Notes under the pieces: model-generated | Database searches by the model: none | Told to the model about the DNA's origin: nothing | What the model saw: the letters and a program-made list of their open reading frames with translations, nothing else | Assembly (NCBI GenBank): GCA_009838515.1 | Contig: VXRL01000004.1 | Coordinates: 8,863 to 72,862 of the forward strand | Direction: 5' to 3' | DNA from: Terriglobia bacterium | Lineage (GTDB): Bacteria > Acidobacteriota > Terriglobia > Bryobacterales > UBA6623 | DNA length: 64,000 nt | In this document: positions 37,823 through 46,752 of the stretch, one piece after another | Position numbering within the stretch: position 1 is the stretch's first letter | Layout: each line of letters starts with the position of its first letter | Position numbers and translations under genes: made by a program

Positions 37823-38488
37823 ATGCGCGACGGGAGCACAACCGCGGAGACCTCCGAGGCGCGCAAGCGGCGGGCCCGTAAGATTCTTCGGCGCTTGGAT
37901 CGCGAATACCCGGCCGCTGAATGCGCCCTCCGCCACAGGAGCGCTTGGGAACTTCTGGTCGCTACGATTCTCTCGGCGCAGTGCACCGATGCGAGAGTCA
38001 ACAAGGTCACCCCGGACTTGTTCGCGGCCTACCCCACCGTCCGGGACATGGCGCTCGCGCCCCTGGAGAGCATCGAGGAGCTGGTCCGCACCACGGGTTT
38101 CTTTCGCAACAAGTCCAAGTCCCTCAAAGGCGCGGCAGCGCGCATCGTCAGCGAGTACGGTGGCGAGGTACCCTCGCGCATGGAGCAGTTGCTGACCCTG
38201 CCCGGTGTGGCCCGCAAGACAGCCAATGTCGTGACCGGCACGTGGTTCGGCAAGGCCACGGGCGTGGTCGTTGACACGCATGTGCAGCGCATCTCCGAGC
38301 GCCTAGGCCTGAGCGCCGGCAAGGATCCGAAGAAGATCGAGAAGGTATTGATGGACCTGTTGCCGAGGTCGAAGTGGGTCGTGTACGCGCACCAGATCAT
38401 CCACCACGGTCGTGCGGTGTGCAAGGCGCGCCAGCCCCGCTGCCATGCCTGCACGCTGGCGGAGCATTGCCCGTCCGCCGAGGTCTAG
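37823..38488 (+). CDS. nth: Endonuclease III
   Basis: LVATILSAQCTD, HhH LPGVARKTANVV, and a C-terminal Cx6Cx2Cx5C cluster (CKARQPRCHACTLAEHC). Confidence 0.95.
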   Translation: MRDGSTTAETSEARKRRARKILRRLDREYPAAECALRHRSAWELLVATILSAQCTDARVNKVTPDLFAAYPTVRDMALAPLESIEELVRTTGFFRNKSKSLKGAAARIVSEYGGEVPSRMEQLLTLPGVARKTANVVTGTWFGKATGVVVDTHVQRISERLGLSAGKDPKKIEKVLMDLLPRSKWVVYAHQIIHHGRAVCKARQPRCHACTLAEHCPSAEV

Positions 38489-38495
38489 GCTTGGC

Positions 38496-39956
38496 TCATC
38501 GCCGCAGGGTCGGCGGCGGACGGCGCGGGTCGGTGGGCTTGAGGGTGGGGCGCAGTTCGAGCCTCACCCTTCGCCTCAGGTCGATTCGGTCGCGTTTTTT
38601 TGCGTTCGGATCGCTCTGCAAGACGATGATGCCGCCTTCGCCCGCTTGGACGAGGCGGGCCTCGCGGCCGCCTAGCTTGAGGCCGTAAGTCTCACCTGCC
38701 TGTAATCCGATTAGGTAGATGTAGGCGTACTCCGGGGCCTGTTCTCGAGACGGCTCCCAAGACAGCACGGTCTTGGCCTGGGGCGTGATCGGCACGACAA
38801 CGGCTGCCGGGAAATAGATCGGCGCCAGCCCGCGAAAGCTGGCGGTGGTCGAAAGTTCACCGTTCGCCAGCAGCTCCAAGAGCCCTTCGGAATACCCCAG
38901 CCAGGTCGTGGGCAGGTCCCAGCCCAAGCGGCCGAAAATCCGACCGCGGATCGGATCGTGGGCGAGAAGGGGAGACGACTGCGCGGTTAGCCCGGGCAGG
39001 TAGGGATTGACCCAGAGGAATTCGTAGGGTGCGACCAGCTGCGAGGCCTGCAGGTAGCTCTCGTCCCGGATCCAGCCTTGCAAGAACTGGAACTCCGGCA
39101 GGTTGGACTCATAGGCGACCAGCAGCATCTCTGCGATCCGGTAGAGGGGCGCCTGCTGCCGCGCCAATTGCCGGTTTGCGCCGTAGCGCGATGGCCATCG
39201 CAATCTGCCGCTGTCGGTGTCAATGTCCTGTGGGTAGTAGCTCAGTAGTCGGCAGCGCGCCAGCGAGCGCAGCGCATCGATTCCGGGTTGCAGCGGATCC
39301 GATTCCAAATTGTGTCGCACCACCAGGCCTGCCTCCAGCGCGGCAATCAAGTTCTCGCTATCGTCGCTGATCGACCCGTCCCTCAGGCTCGGCACCACTT
39401 CGGTCTTCCAGTGTGTGCCGAGCAGGATCGCCAGAGCAGCTTCGGATTCATCCCAGTCGCCGGCCGCCGCGATCGACGCTAGGATCGCGGAGCGTATCAG
39501 TCCCGCGCCAAGGGCCGCCTGAGGCAGCAACGTCGAGACGGCAGCCGCCATGGCGTCGCGCAGTGCGTCCCGCTCCGATGCGTCGAACAGGTCATAGCAC
39601 CAGTCGTAGACGAGCGCGGCCTGGCGCAAGTCGGTCGCATTGCCGATGCCGTTCTCGGCCAATCGCTGGCTCCACGCGACCGCAGCCCGTCCGGCCGTCT
39701 CGGCGCCCGCGACCTGGAACCTGAGCGCGTCGACCAAGGGCTGCTCTTCGAAGGCGGTCTCGGCTGCGACGAGATCGCCTAGCGATCGCCACCGCAGAGA
39801 CTGGCGGTCGACGTCATTGCGCAACCGCTGCAGGCGGCTCGACTCCAAGAACAGCCGCGGGTGATCCTCGTACACCCGGAATTCAGCCTGGCCGAACGCT
39901 GCTTCGCCCAGGCACAGCAGCGCACACCCGAGCGTTGCGGCACGTAACGCGCGCAT
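38496..39956 (-). CDS. Hypothetical secreted protein (N-terminal half reminiscent of alpha/alpha-toroid heparinase/alginate-lyase-like proteins; weak)
   Basis: ATG 39956 gives the signal peptide MRALRAATLGCALLCLGEAAFGQA. The HPRLFLESSRLQRLR and AALVYDWCYDLF patterns follow. I did not see a recognisable catalytic motif. Confidence 0.55.
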   Translation of the reverse strand: MRALRAATLGCALLCLGEAAFGQAEFRVYEDHPRLFLESSRLQRLRNDVDRQSLRWRSLGDLVAAETAFEEQPLVDALRFQVAGAETAGRAAVAWSQRLAENGIGNATDLRQAALVYDWCYDLFDASERDALRDAMAAAVSTLLPQAALGAGLIRSAILASIAAAGDWDESEAALAILLGTHWKTEVVPSLRDGSISDDSENLIAALEAGLVVRHNLESDPLQPGIDALRSLARCRLLSYYPQDIDTDSGRLRWPSRYGANRQLARQQAPLYRIAEMLLVAYESNLPEFQFLQGWIRDESYLQASQLVAPYEFLWVNPYLPGLTAQSSPLLAHDPIRGRIFGRLGWDLPTTWLGYSEGLLELLANGELSTTASFRGLAPIYFPAAVVVPITPQAKTVLSWEPSREQAPEYAYIYLIGLQAGETYGLKLGGREARLVQAGEGGIIVLQSDPNAKKRDRIDLRRRVRLELRPTLKPTDPRRPPPTLRR

Positions 39957-40052
39957 CGAGTCCCCATTGTACGGATGCAGCCGTTGGCCGAGGCCCTGTC
40001 CAGAAACCACATGGTTCGCAGTTTCGTCCTACGAGTTCGATACGGGAGAGTC

Positions 40053-43000
40053 ATGATGCGGCGAGCAGGCTCCACGCTTCGAACGGCGGTCGCTCTGACG
40101 GTCTGGCTGCTTGCCGGCTGGCCCCCCCTGGCGGCGGAGGCCGGCCGCGTCGCTCGCTACACGGTGGTCTTGGACGCGCCCGCGACCGGGAAGCGCTTGT
40201 CAATGGCCCGCGGGAAGGCGGACAGGCGTCGGCCGGGCCGGGTCTCGGCGTCCAGTTTCGCGGTCATGGCTCGGGCCGTGGCGGCTACGCAAGAACCGGT
40301 CGTGATGGCGCTGGAAGCGGGTGGAGCCACGGTCCTTGGCAGCGTCCATAACGTGCTCAATGCGGTATTTGTCCGCGCCACCGTGACGCAAGCCGAGGCA
40401 TTTGAGTCCATTCCCGGCGTGAAGAGCGTGATCCCGAGTCGCGACATCGAGGTCAAGCTCGACAGCGTGGCCGATGTAACCGGCTTGAACGCTGCCAAGC
40501 TGCGGCCGTCGGGCCTCGCCGCTACCGGCGAGGGCGTCAAGATCGCAATCATCGATTCCGGCCTGGATTTCTTCCATCCGGCCTTTCAGGACGACTCCCT
40601 GCCGGAGCTGACTGGCTATCCCAAGGGCAGGCCGGAAGACTTGGTGCTTGCCAGCCGCAAGATCGTGGCGATCCGCAGCTACATGCAGTTGCAGAATTCG
40701 GGAGATCCTGCGACCTCCGCGCCGGATGACAATTCGCCGGCAGACTTCAGTGGCCACGGCACGGCTGTCGCGATGGTGGCTGCGGGCAAGCGCGTCGAGT
40801 CGCCGGCCGGACCCCTCGAAGGGATCGCTCCGAGGGCCTATCTCGGCGTATACAAGGTGACCGGCACGCCCGGGATCAAGTCCTCGGCTAGTTCCCAAGC
40901 ACTGATTGCGGCGATCGATGACGCCGTCGTGGACGGCATGGACGTTCTCAATCTGAGCATCGGTCAGGTCGCGACCCATCCTTGGAACTCCCACGGTTCC
41001 GACTGCGGCGAGCTGCTCGGGAATAACTGCGATCCCTTGGCGGTTGCCGCCCAGAGCGCCGTATTCGATTTCGGGCGCGTCGTTGTCGCTGCCGCCGGCA
41101 ACTCGGGCCAGATCGGGGGCCAGGATCGGCCAACGCGCAACACGATCTCCTCGCCTGCCGTCGCGCCCGACGTGATCGCCGTCGCCGCCACCGCCAACGC
41201 GAGGCAGCTGGAGCAGAGCGTGCAGTTCGAAGGTCTTTCCTACGCCGCATGGACGGGCACGGGCCCGGTATTGGCCGAATCGCTGACGGCCCCGGCGGCG
41301 CTCGCGGAAAGGCTCGAGAACCCGGACGCCTGCCGGCCCTTCCCTGACGGCGCTCTCGTCGGCAGCATCGTGGTTGCAGAACGCGGTGGAGACTGCTGGT
41401 TCGTCGACAAGGTAGAGCACGCCGCAAGCGCCGGCGCGGTCGGCGTGGTCGTGCTCGACAATCAACCATCCGGAACGCTGATCGAGATGGGGGCGTTGCG
41501 GGACACGGACATTCCCGCCTACTTCATCTCGGCCGCCGACGGATCCGCGCTTGTTCAGCGTCTGGGCGGGGTGGCGGTTGGGACGACGGCGCAATTGACA
41601 CTCGATCCCACGCCGCTGGCGCGCTTGGCAGATGGGACGCAAATGGCCGACTTCAGCTCGCGCGGACCCACTCCCGGCCTGAATCTCAAGCCTGACGTGG
41701 CGGCACCAGGAGTCAGCGTCTACACCGCCGACACTTGGCTCGATGCAAGGCCACGCGGCTTCAACCCCAGCGGGTACCGCCAGGTGCAGGGCACCAGCTT
41801 GGCTGCGCCGGTGATTGCCGGCGGAGCCGCATTGGTCTGGCAGCAAAATCCGACTTGGACAGCTCGCGAGGTGGCGTCCGCCCTCATCAACACCGCGGCG
41901 AGCTCTGTGATCGAGGACGGTTCGATGGCGCGCGCGGGCTCTGTCGGCGCTGGCTTGGTGGACCTTGAAGCGGCCCTCGATCCGATCGCGACCGTCGAGC
42001 CTCCGACGGTCGGCTTTGGAAGGTTCAGCGCTACCTCACTGCCGGTGTGGCAAGAGATCTTCATCACCAACCGCTCGCTCCAAGCCCAGACGTACCGTGT
42101 CGCGGTCGTGGCCAGAGACCACGATGCCCGGGCCGCCGTCAATCTTGACGGATTCAGCGATATCGAGTTTCGCCTCCTGCCGGACCAGTACGCCGCGGTG
42201 AGGGCGTCGCTGGAAGGCCTCTTGCCGGCGCCCGGATCGTACGAGGGACACCTGCTGATCACGCGCCACGGCCGTGAGGACGCGCTTCGCGTGCCGTTCC
42301 TCTACGTGGTAGGCGACAACGTGCCGCAAGACGCCTACGCGATCGCTCCGGCGGAGCGGAGGGGATTCGCCGGCGAGAGCAGGACAGAACACTTGGTCGG
42401 CAAGTTCGTGGATCGCAACGGCGCCCCGGTGTCGGGGCAACCGGTCGAATTCGCCGTCGTGGAAGGCGACGCGCAGATTCTCTCTGCGCTGCCGGTGACC
42501 GACACGCACGGCTTGGCGGTTGCCGAGGTCGAGTTCGCTCCGTCTGCAACACCGCAGGTGGTGGAGGCCTACGTTGGCGGCGAGAGGGTTCGGTTCGAGT
42601 TCACTGCGGACCTGTCGCGCCCGCGCATCGACGAGATCGTCAACGACGCCAGCCACGCGGCGGGCCAGCCGGTAGCGCCCGGATCGTTGGCCACGATCTT
42701 CGGAAGCGCGCTTGCTGAATTCGCCGGCGAGGCGCTGTACTCCCCGCTGCCGGTTGCCCTCAAGTCGGTAAGCGTCAGCTTCGACTATCCGGAACTGGGG
42801 GTGAGCGAGCCCGCGCGCGTCTTCCTGACCCGCTCGGATCGCTTGGGCATCCAAGTCCCTTGGGAGTTGGCGGGCCTCAACTTCGCCTACGCCAAGGTCC
42901 GTGTCCGCACCCGGGACGGGCTGGAGCTGACGGCCGATCCCTTCGTGGTCAATCTGGCCGATGTGGCGCCGGGGATCTATGTCTATGTCACCGAGGGCGA

Positions 43001-43343
43001 GAGCCGCTCGGCTGCCTTTTTCCCTGACGGCCGGCCGGTCACCCCCGCCGCTCCCGTGGCCGCGGGCGATCAGGTGGCCATCTACCTGACCGGTGCCGGA
43101 CCCTACGGGCTGGAGCTGCAGTCCGGCACCGCCGCGGCCGACCGGTCCGAGACTGTCCACGCTCCGGTAGTCATGGTCGGAGGAGTCCGGGCATCGGTGA
43201 CCTACTCGGGCTCCGTTCCCGGCGTGGCAGGCATGTCTCAGATCGAATTCGTCGTGCCGACCGGCCTGGCCAGCGGCAACGCCGACTTGGCCGTGTCGAT
43301 GCACGGCACGCACAGCAATACCGTGTCCGTGGCGGTCAGGTGA
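40053..43343 (+). CDS. Secreted S8 subtilisin-family peptidase with PA domain and a Solibacter-type (TIGR03437-like) C-terminal domain
   Basis: GGGAGAG RBS before ATG 40053. Triad blocks are IAIIDSGLD, SGHGTAVAMV and GTSLAAPVIAG. The PA-like insert is IVVAERGGDCWFVDKV..VVVLDN. The C-terminus has VAPGSLATIFGSALA...GMSQIEFVVP. Confidence 0.9.
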   Translation: MMRRAGSTLRTAVALTVWLLAGWPPLAAEAGRVARYTVVLDAPATGKRLSMARGKADRRRPGRVSASSFAVMARAVAATQEPVVMALEAGGATVLGSVHNVLNAVFVRATVTQAEAFESIPGVKSVIPSRDIEVKLDSVADVTGLNAAKLRPSGLAATGEGVKIAIIDSGLDFFHPAFQDDSLPELTGYPKGRPEDLVLASRKIVAIRSYMQLQNSGDPATSAPDDNSPADFSGHGTAVAMVAAGKRVESPAGPLEGIAPRAYLGVYKVTGTPGIKSSASSQALIAAIDDAVVDGMDVLNLSIGQVATHPWNSHGSDCGELLGNNCDPLAVAAQSAVFDFGRVVVAAAGNSGQIGGQDRPTRNTISSPAVAPDVIAVAATANARQLEQSVQFEGLSYAAWTGTGPVLAESLTAPAALAERLENPDACRPFPDGALVGSIVVAERGGDCWFVDKVEHAASAGAVGVVVLDNQPSGTLIEMGALRDTDIPAYFISAADGSALVQRLGGVAVGTTAQLTLDPTPLARLADGTQMADFSSRGPTPGLNLKPDVAAPGVSVYTADTWLDARPRGFNPSGYRQVQGTSLAAPVIAGGAALVWQQNPTWTAREVASALINTAASSVIEDGSMARAGSVGAGLVDLEAALDPIATVEPPTVGFGRFSATSLPVWQEIFITNRSLQAQTYRVAVVARDHDARAAVNLDGFSDIEFRLLPDQYAAVRASLEGLLPAPGSYEGHLLITRHGREDALRVPFLYVVGDNVPQDAYAIAPAERRGFAGESRTEHLVGKFVDRNGAPVSGQPVEFAVVEGDAQILSALPVTDTHGLAVAEVEFAPSATPQVVEAYVGGERVRFEFTADLSRPRIDEIVNDASHAAGQPVAPGSLATIFGSALAEFAGEALYSPLPVALKSVSVSFDYPELGVSEPARVFLTRSDRLGIQVPWELAGLNFAYAKVRVRTRDGLELTADPFVVNLADVAPGIYVYVTEGESRSAAFFPDGRPVTPAAPVAAGDQVAIYLTGAGPYGLELQSGTAAADRSETVHAPVVMVGGVRASVTYSGSVPGVAGMSQIEFVVPTGLASGNADLAVSMHGTHSNTVSVAVR

Positions 43344-43356
43344 CCGACCGGCCAGA

Positions 43357-44016
43357 TCACCGGTTCCCGCCCAGCTTCTCGCCCGGCCGCAGCAGGGACG
43401 GGCGCTTGCGCGCTCTCTCGGCCTGTTCAGCGGCTTCTTTCTCGCTTGCCTGCTCGACTTCCTTGCGCCGCTCCGGTGCCATGCGCTCCTTCTGGCGCCG
43501 CTTCTCGGACTCTTCTTGCAGGACCACGGTGCGCTTCCTAGCGCCCAGGTCTTCGGCCAGCAGTTCCAAGCTGTCATCGGTGATGCCGATGGCGTCTTCC
43601 AGCACGAATTCATAGCGCCACGCCTCCTCGGCGTCGGTCCCCGCGATCGCGGCCAAGCGCGCAGCGAACACCTGCTCGGCCTTGAGCAGGGTCTCCAGGG
43701 CCCCGTCAAGCTTCTTGTTGCGCAGCAGGGCGTCGTCGATGACGTCATCGACGGCTTGAATGATCGAGGAGTACTCCGACAGGGAACGGTGGATCTTGGC
43801 GCCGCGTCCCGCTTCTTCTTCCGCAAGGGCCTGTTCGACCAGCTCGAGGCGCAACGCCGCGAACTTCGCGTACGCGCTCATGCGCTTGTCCAGCTCCTGG
43901 CTGTCGCGCAGGACTTCGATCTCGTAGTCGGTCAGGAACTCCCGGTTGCGGGGCAGCTCCTGCCCCAAGGCCGGGACGAGCGTGCAGAGCATCGCGAGTA
44001 TGAGTCGGGTCGGCAT
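43357..44016 (-). CDS. Hypothetical secreted alpha-helical/coiled-coil protein with a Lys/Glu/Arg-rich tail
   Basis: Signal peptide MPTRLILAMLCTLVPALGQ. The sequence is helix-prone and the tail reads EESEKRRQKERMAPERRKEVEQASEKEAAEQAERARKR. Confidence 0.6.
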   Translation of the reverse strand: MPTRLILAMLCTLVPALGQELPRNREFLTDYEIEVLRDSQELDKRMSAYAKFAALRLELVEQALAEEEAGRGAKIHRSLSEYSSIIQAVDDVIDDALLRNKKLDGALETLLKAEQVFAARLAAIAGTDAEEAWRYEFVLEDAIGITDDSLELLAEDLGARKRTVVLQEESEKRRQKERMAPERRKEVEQASEKEAAEQAERARKRPSLLRPGEKLGGNR

Positions 44017-44116
44017 CGCGCTCCCCTAACTCTAATGGTTTGGGCCGCCGATGCCAACTCCCCCTGCCGGGCGACTGCCCGCTTGATCGCGGATCAAGGG
44101 CCGGACTCGGCCGAGC

Positions 44117-44566
44117 CTACTGCTTCGGTCCCATCAGACCGCGCAGCAGCCTGGCGTTCGCCGTCTCGATCCGCTCGATGAGCCCGTCGAAGTCAGCTTG
44201 GTCGCCTAGGTACAGCTTGCGCTGCAGCTGCTGCAGCTGCACCAGCAGCTTGCGCGTCCGGATTTCGGCGTGCTTGAAGTGTCGCGGGTGCCGCCGGGCG
44301 TACTTGCCGGTCGCTTCGAGCGAGCTCACGGCTAAGTCCACGGCTTCTCCCATATTCTCGAGCGCTTCGCGGCCCACTGCCAGATTGTCGTCTCGATAGG
44401 CCTTGCTGACTATGTCCAATTGATCCGACGCGAATGCCAGGGCCCGGCGCGAGCGGGTCTCACGATCCGCGATAGCCTCGATTTCCGCCAGACTGGCGCG
44501 CTGCGCCCCGAAGCAACACAGCACTGCCATGCCCGACAGCAGCGCGAGGCGGACGCCGAACCTCAT
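44117..44566 (-). CDS. Hypothetical small secreted alpha-helical protein
   Basis: The start ATG overlaps the upstream TPR gene stop (ATGA at 44563-44566). Signal peptide MRFGVRLALLSGMAVLCCFGA. It shares an N-terminal pattern with 43357..44016. Confidence 0.6.
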   Translation of the reverse strand: MRFGVRLALLSGMAVLCCFGAQRASLAEIEAIADRETRSRRALAFASDQLDIVSKAYRDDNLAVGREALENMGEAVDLAVSSLEATGKYARRHPRHFKHAEIRTRKLLVQLQQLQRKLYLGDQADFDGLIERIETANARLLRGLMGPKQ

Positions 44567-45900
44567 CGCTTCTCCAACACCTTGGCGATCGTCTTGAGGC
44601 GCTGGGTCGCCTTCCAGGTCTCGTCCTGCATCTCCGCCTCCGGAGTCAGAGCCAGGAAGGCACGATAGGAATCCTGCGCTTCCTCGTAGAGCTGCAAGCT
44701 GTCTTGGCAGAGCGCCCTCAGGTACACGCTTGCAGCTAGCGGCGGGCCGAGCTTCTCCGATTCCATCAAGGCGCGGAGCGCCGCCGGGAAGTTACCGAGC
44801 CGGTACATGGCGAAGGCCAGCCCGTTCCACGCGTCCGAAGCGCCGGGATCGACCTCAAGCGAGGCCACGTACTCGCGCGAGGCGAGCTCGTACTCCTGCT
44901 GTTGCAGCAGCGAGTTTGCGTAGCGCAAGCGGGCCTTTGCATCACCCGGTGCAGACTTGGCCGCCAGGCTGAGTTGTTGCCGCGCGGCCTCTGCGTTGCC
45001 AGCCCGGCGATAAGCCTCGCCCAGAGCGGCGTGCCGCCGGGATTGCGGCTCGAGTCGCACGGCTCGCTCCAGCGCCTGCGTGGCAGCTCGCAGGTTGCCG
45101 CTCTCTAGCAGCAGGACTCCGATCTCCTCTTGGACTTCGGCGTTGTCGGGCCGATTTCGCGCGTACCGCCTGTACAGTTGGAGGGCATCTTGCTTGAAGC
45201 CTGATCCTTCCAGCCGCTTGGCGATCTCCAGCAGCGCGTCTTCGACGCTCGGGTCCAGTTGCACCGCGCGCAAGTAGTGCGGCACCGCCTCGTGCAGCCT
45301 GCCCAGCTCTGCCAGCGAACTCGCCAGTCCCAGCGTCGCGTCCAGAGACGCGCCGTCAATCTCCAGGACGCGCTGGAAGGCGGCCCGGGCCGGCTCGGCA
45401 TCTCCGGCCTGGCTGTGGGCCGAGGCGGCCAACCGCAGGGCCTGCAGGTTTTCCGGCTGCGCCTCTGCGATGGCTTCGTAGTGGCGCGCCGCGTCTGCGA
45501 ACCTCCCCGCCTGCATGAGCAGGGTCGCCAGATTCTGTCGCGCCGGCACCAGGTCCGGCTGTTGCTCGGCGATGACTTGGTAGTGCTGGATCGCGACCGC
45601 GGCGTTGCCGGTCGCCTGGCGGGCGTAGGCGAGGTTGAAGCGGGCGTTGACGTTGGCGGGGTCGTCCTCGAGCGCCGCCTCTAGGTGCGGGATAGCGCCG
45701 GCGAAATCGTTGCTCTCCAGTGCCTGCGCCGCCTCGCGCAGCGCGTCGGCTCCCAGCAGCGCCGTCACGCACAGAGCCAAGCCGAATCCGAGTCCTCTGT
45801 ACACGCCTGAATCGAAGTTTAGCAGCGTGAACCGCCGCAGAGGCCATGACGCGCGAGCGCCGGGCAGGAATTCAGGCCCGGATGCGATTGAGCAGGGCAA
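44563..45900 (-). CDS. TPR-repeat protein
   Basis: About 10 consecutive TPR-like 34-aa units (e.g. AIPHLEAALEDDPANVNARFNLAYA). The start is ATG 45900 (29-nt overlap with the upstream gene) or GTG 45804. Confidence 0.8.
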   Translation of the reverse strand: MPCSIASGPEFLPGARASWPLRRFTLLNFDSGVYRGLGFGLALCVTALLGADALREAAQALESNDFAGAIPHLEAALEDDPANVNARFNLAYARQATGNAAVAIQHYQVIAEQQPDLVPARQNLATLLMQAGRFADAARHYEAIAEAQPENLQALRLAASAHSQAGDAEPARAAFQRVLEIDGASLDATLGLASSLAELGRLHEAVPHYLRAVQLDPSVEDALLEIAKRLEGSGFKQDALQLYRRYARNRPDNAEVQEEIGVLLLESGNLRAATQALERAVRLEPQSRRHAALGEAYRRAGNAEAARQQLSLAAKSAPGDAKARLRYANSLLQQQEYELASREYVASLEVDPGASDAWNGLAFAMYRLGNFPAALRALMESEKLGPPLAASVYLRALCQDSLQLYEEAQDSYRAFLALTPEAEMQDETWKATQRLKTIAKVLEKR

Positions 45901-46714
45901 TCGCCCTGCCGATGTCGGCGCGCTGCTCTTCGCCGACGATCTCGCGCTCGATCACCAAGGGACCGGCGTAGCCGATCTCGCGCAGCGTGCGGACGTACCG
46001 CTGCATGCCCACGTCTCCGTCTCCAAGCGGCGTTTCTCGCCCCCACTCGCCCCGCGTCTCCGGCCACGTGCCGTCCTTGCAATGCACCGTCAAGACGTGC
46101 TCCCCGAGCGTCCGCAGGGCCTCCATCGGCTCGCCGGACCCGTACAGGATCATATTCGCGGGATCGAAATTGACCCCCAGGTTCGGTCGGTCCACCGCGT
46201 GCAGGAACTCCAGCAGCGCCGCCGCCGGCTCCTGTCCGGTCTCGAGCGCGAAGGTCTGGCCGTTGCGCGCGCAGTGGTCGCAGACGCGGCGCACGAGTTC
46301 GAGGACGGCCCGGTGCTCGGCATCGCGCGGATCTTCGGGCAGGCAGCCGATGTGCGCTGCCACGCCGGGTATGCCGAGCGAGCGAGCGAAGTCCGACACT
46401 GCATAGGTTCTCCGCTCGCGCTTGCCGCGCGTCCCAGGGGGCACGTAGCCCACCGTGTGCGCGCAAATCGGGATGCTGGCGTAGCTCTCGCCCTCGAAGT
46501 TCAGGAAGGCTGTGACGATCTCAAGCTCGGAGCGGTCCAGCGCGGCCCGCCACTGCTCGGCTGCTTCGGGAGCTAGGTCCGCCGCGCCATGCACGCCCAG
46601 CTGGCCGCAGCTCACGCCGAACGCGGCGACAGACTCAACGATCTCGCCGGGGGCAGCGTCGATGCCGAGCACGCCGCCAGTCCAGAACATCAGGCCAACT
46701 TGCAGTGGTTCCAT
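45872..46714 (-). CDS. Sugar phosphate isomerase/epimerase (xylose isomerase-like TIM barrel)
   Basis: FALETGQEPAAALLEFL, LGVNFDPANMILYG and HCKDG are blocks of the AP-endonuclease-2/xylose-isomerase-like fold. Confidence 0.8.
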   Translation of the reverse strand: MEPLQVGLMFWTGGVLGIDAAPGEIVESVAAFGVSCGQLGVHGAADLAPEAAEQWRAALDRSELEIVTAFLNFEGESYASIPICAHTVGYVPPGTRGKRERRTYAVSDFARSLGIPGVAAHIGCLPEDPRDAEHRAVLELVRRVCDHCARNGQTFALETGQEPAAALLEFLHAVDRPNLGVNFDPANMILYGSGEPMEALRTLGEHVLTVHCKDGTWPETRGEWGRETPLGDGDVGMQRYVRTLREIGYAGPLVIEREIVGEEQRADIGRAIALLNRIRA

Positions 46715-46752
46715 ATCAGCCGCCTCCGCAGTCTACTCCAGCGCAGTCGCCT

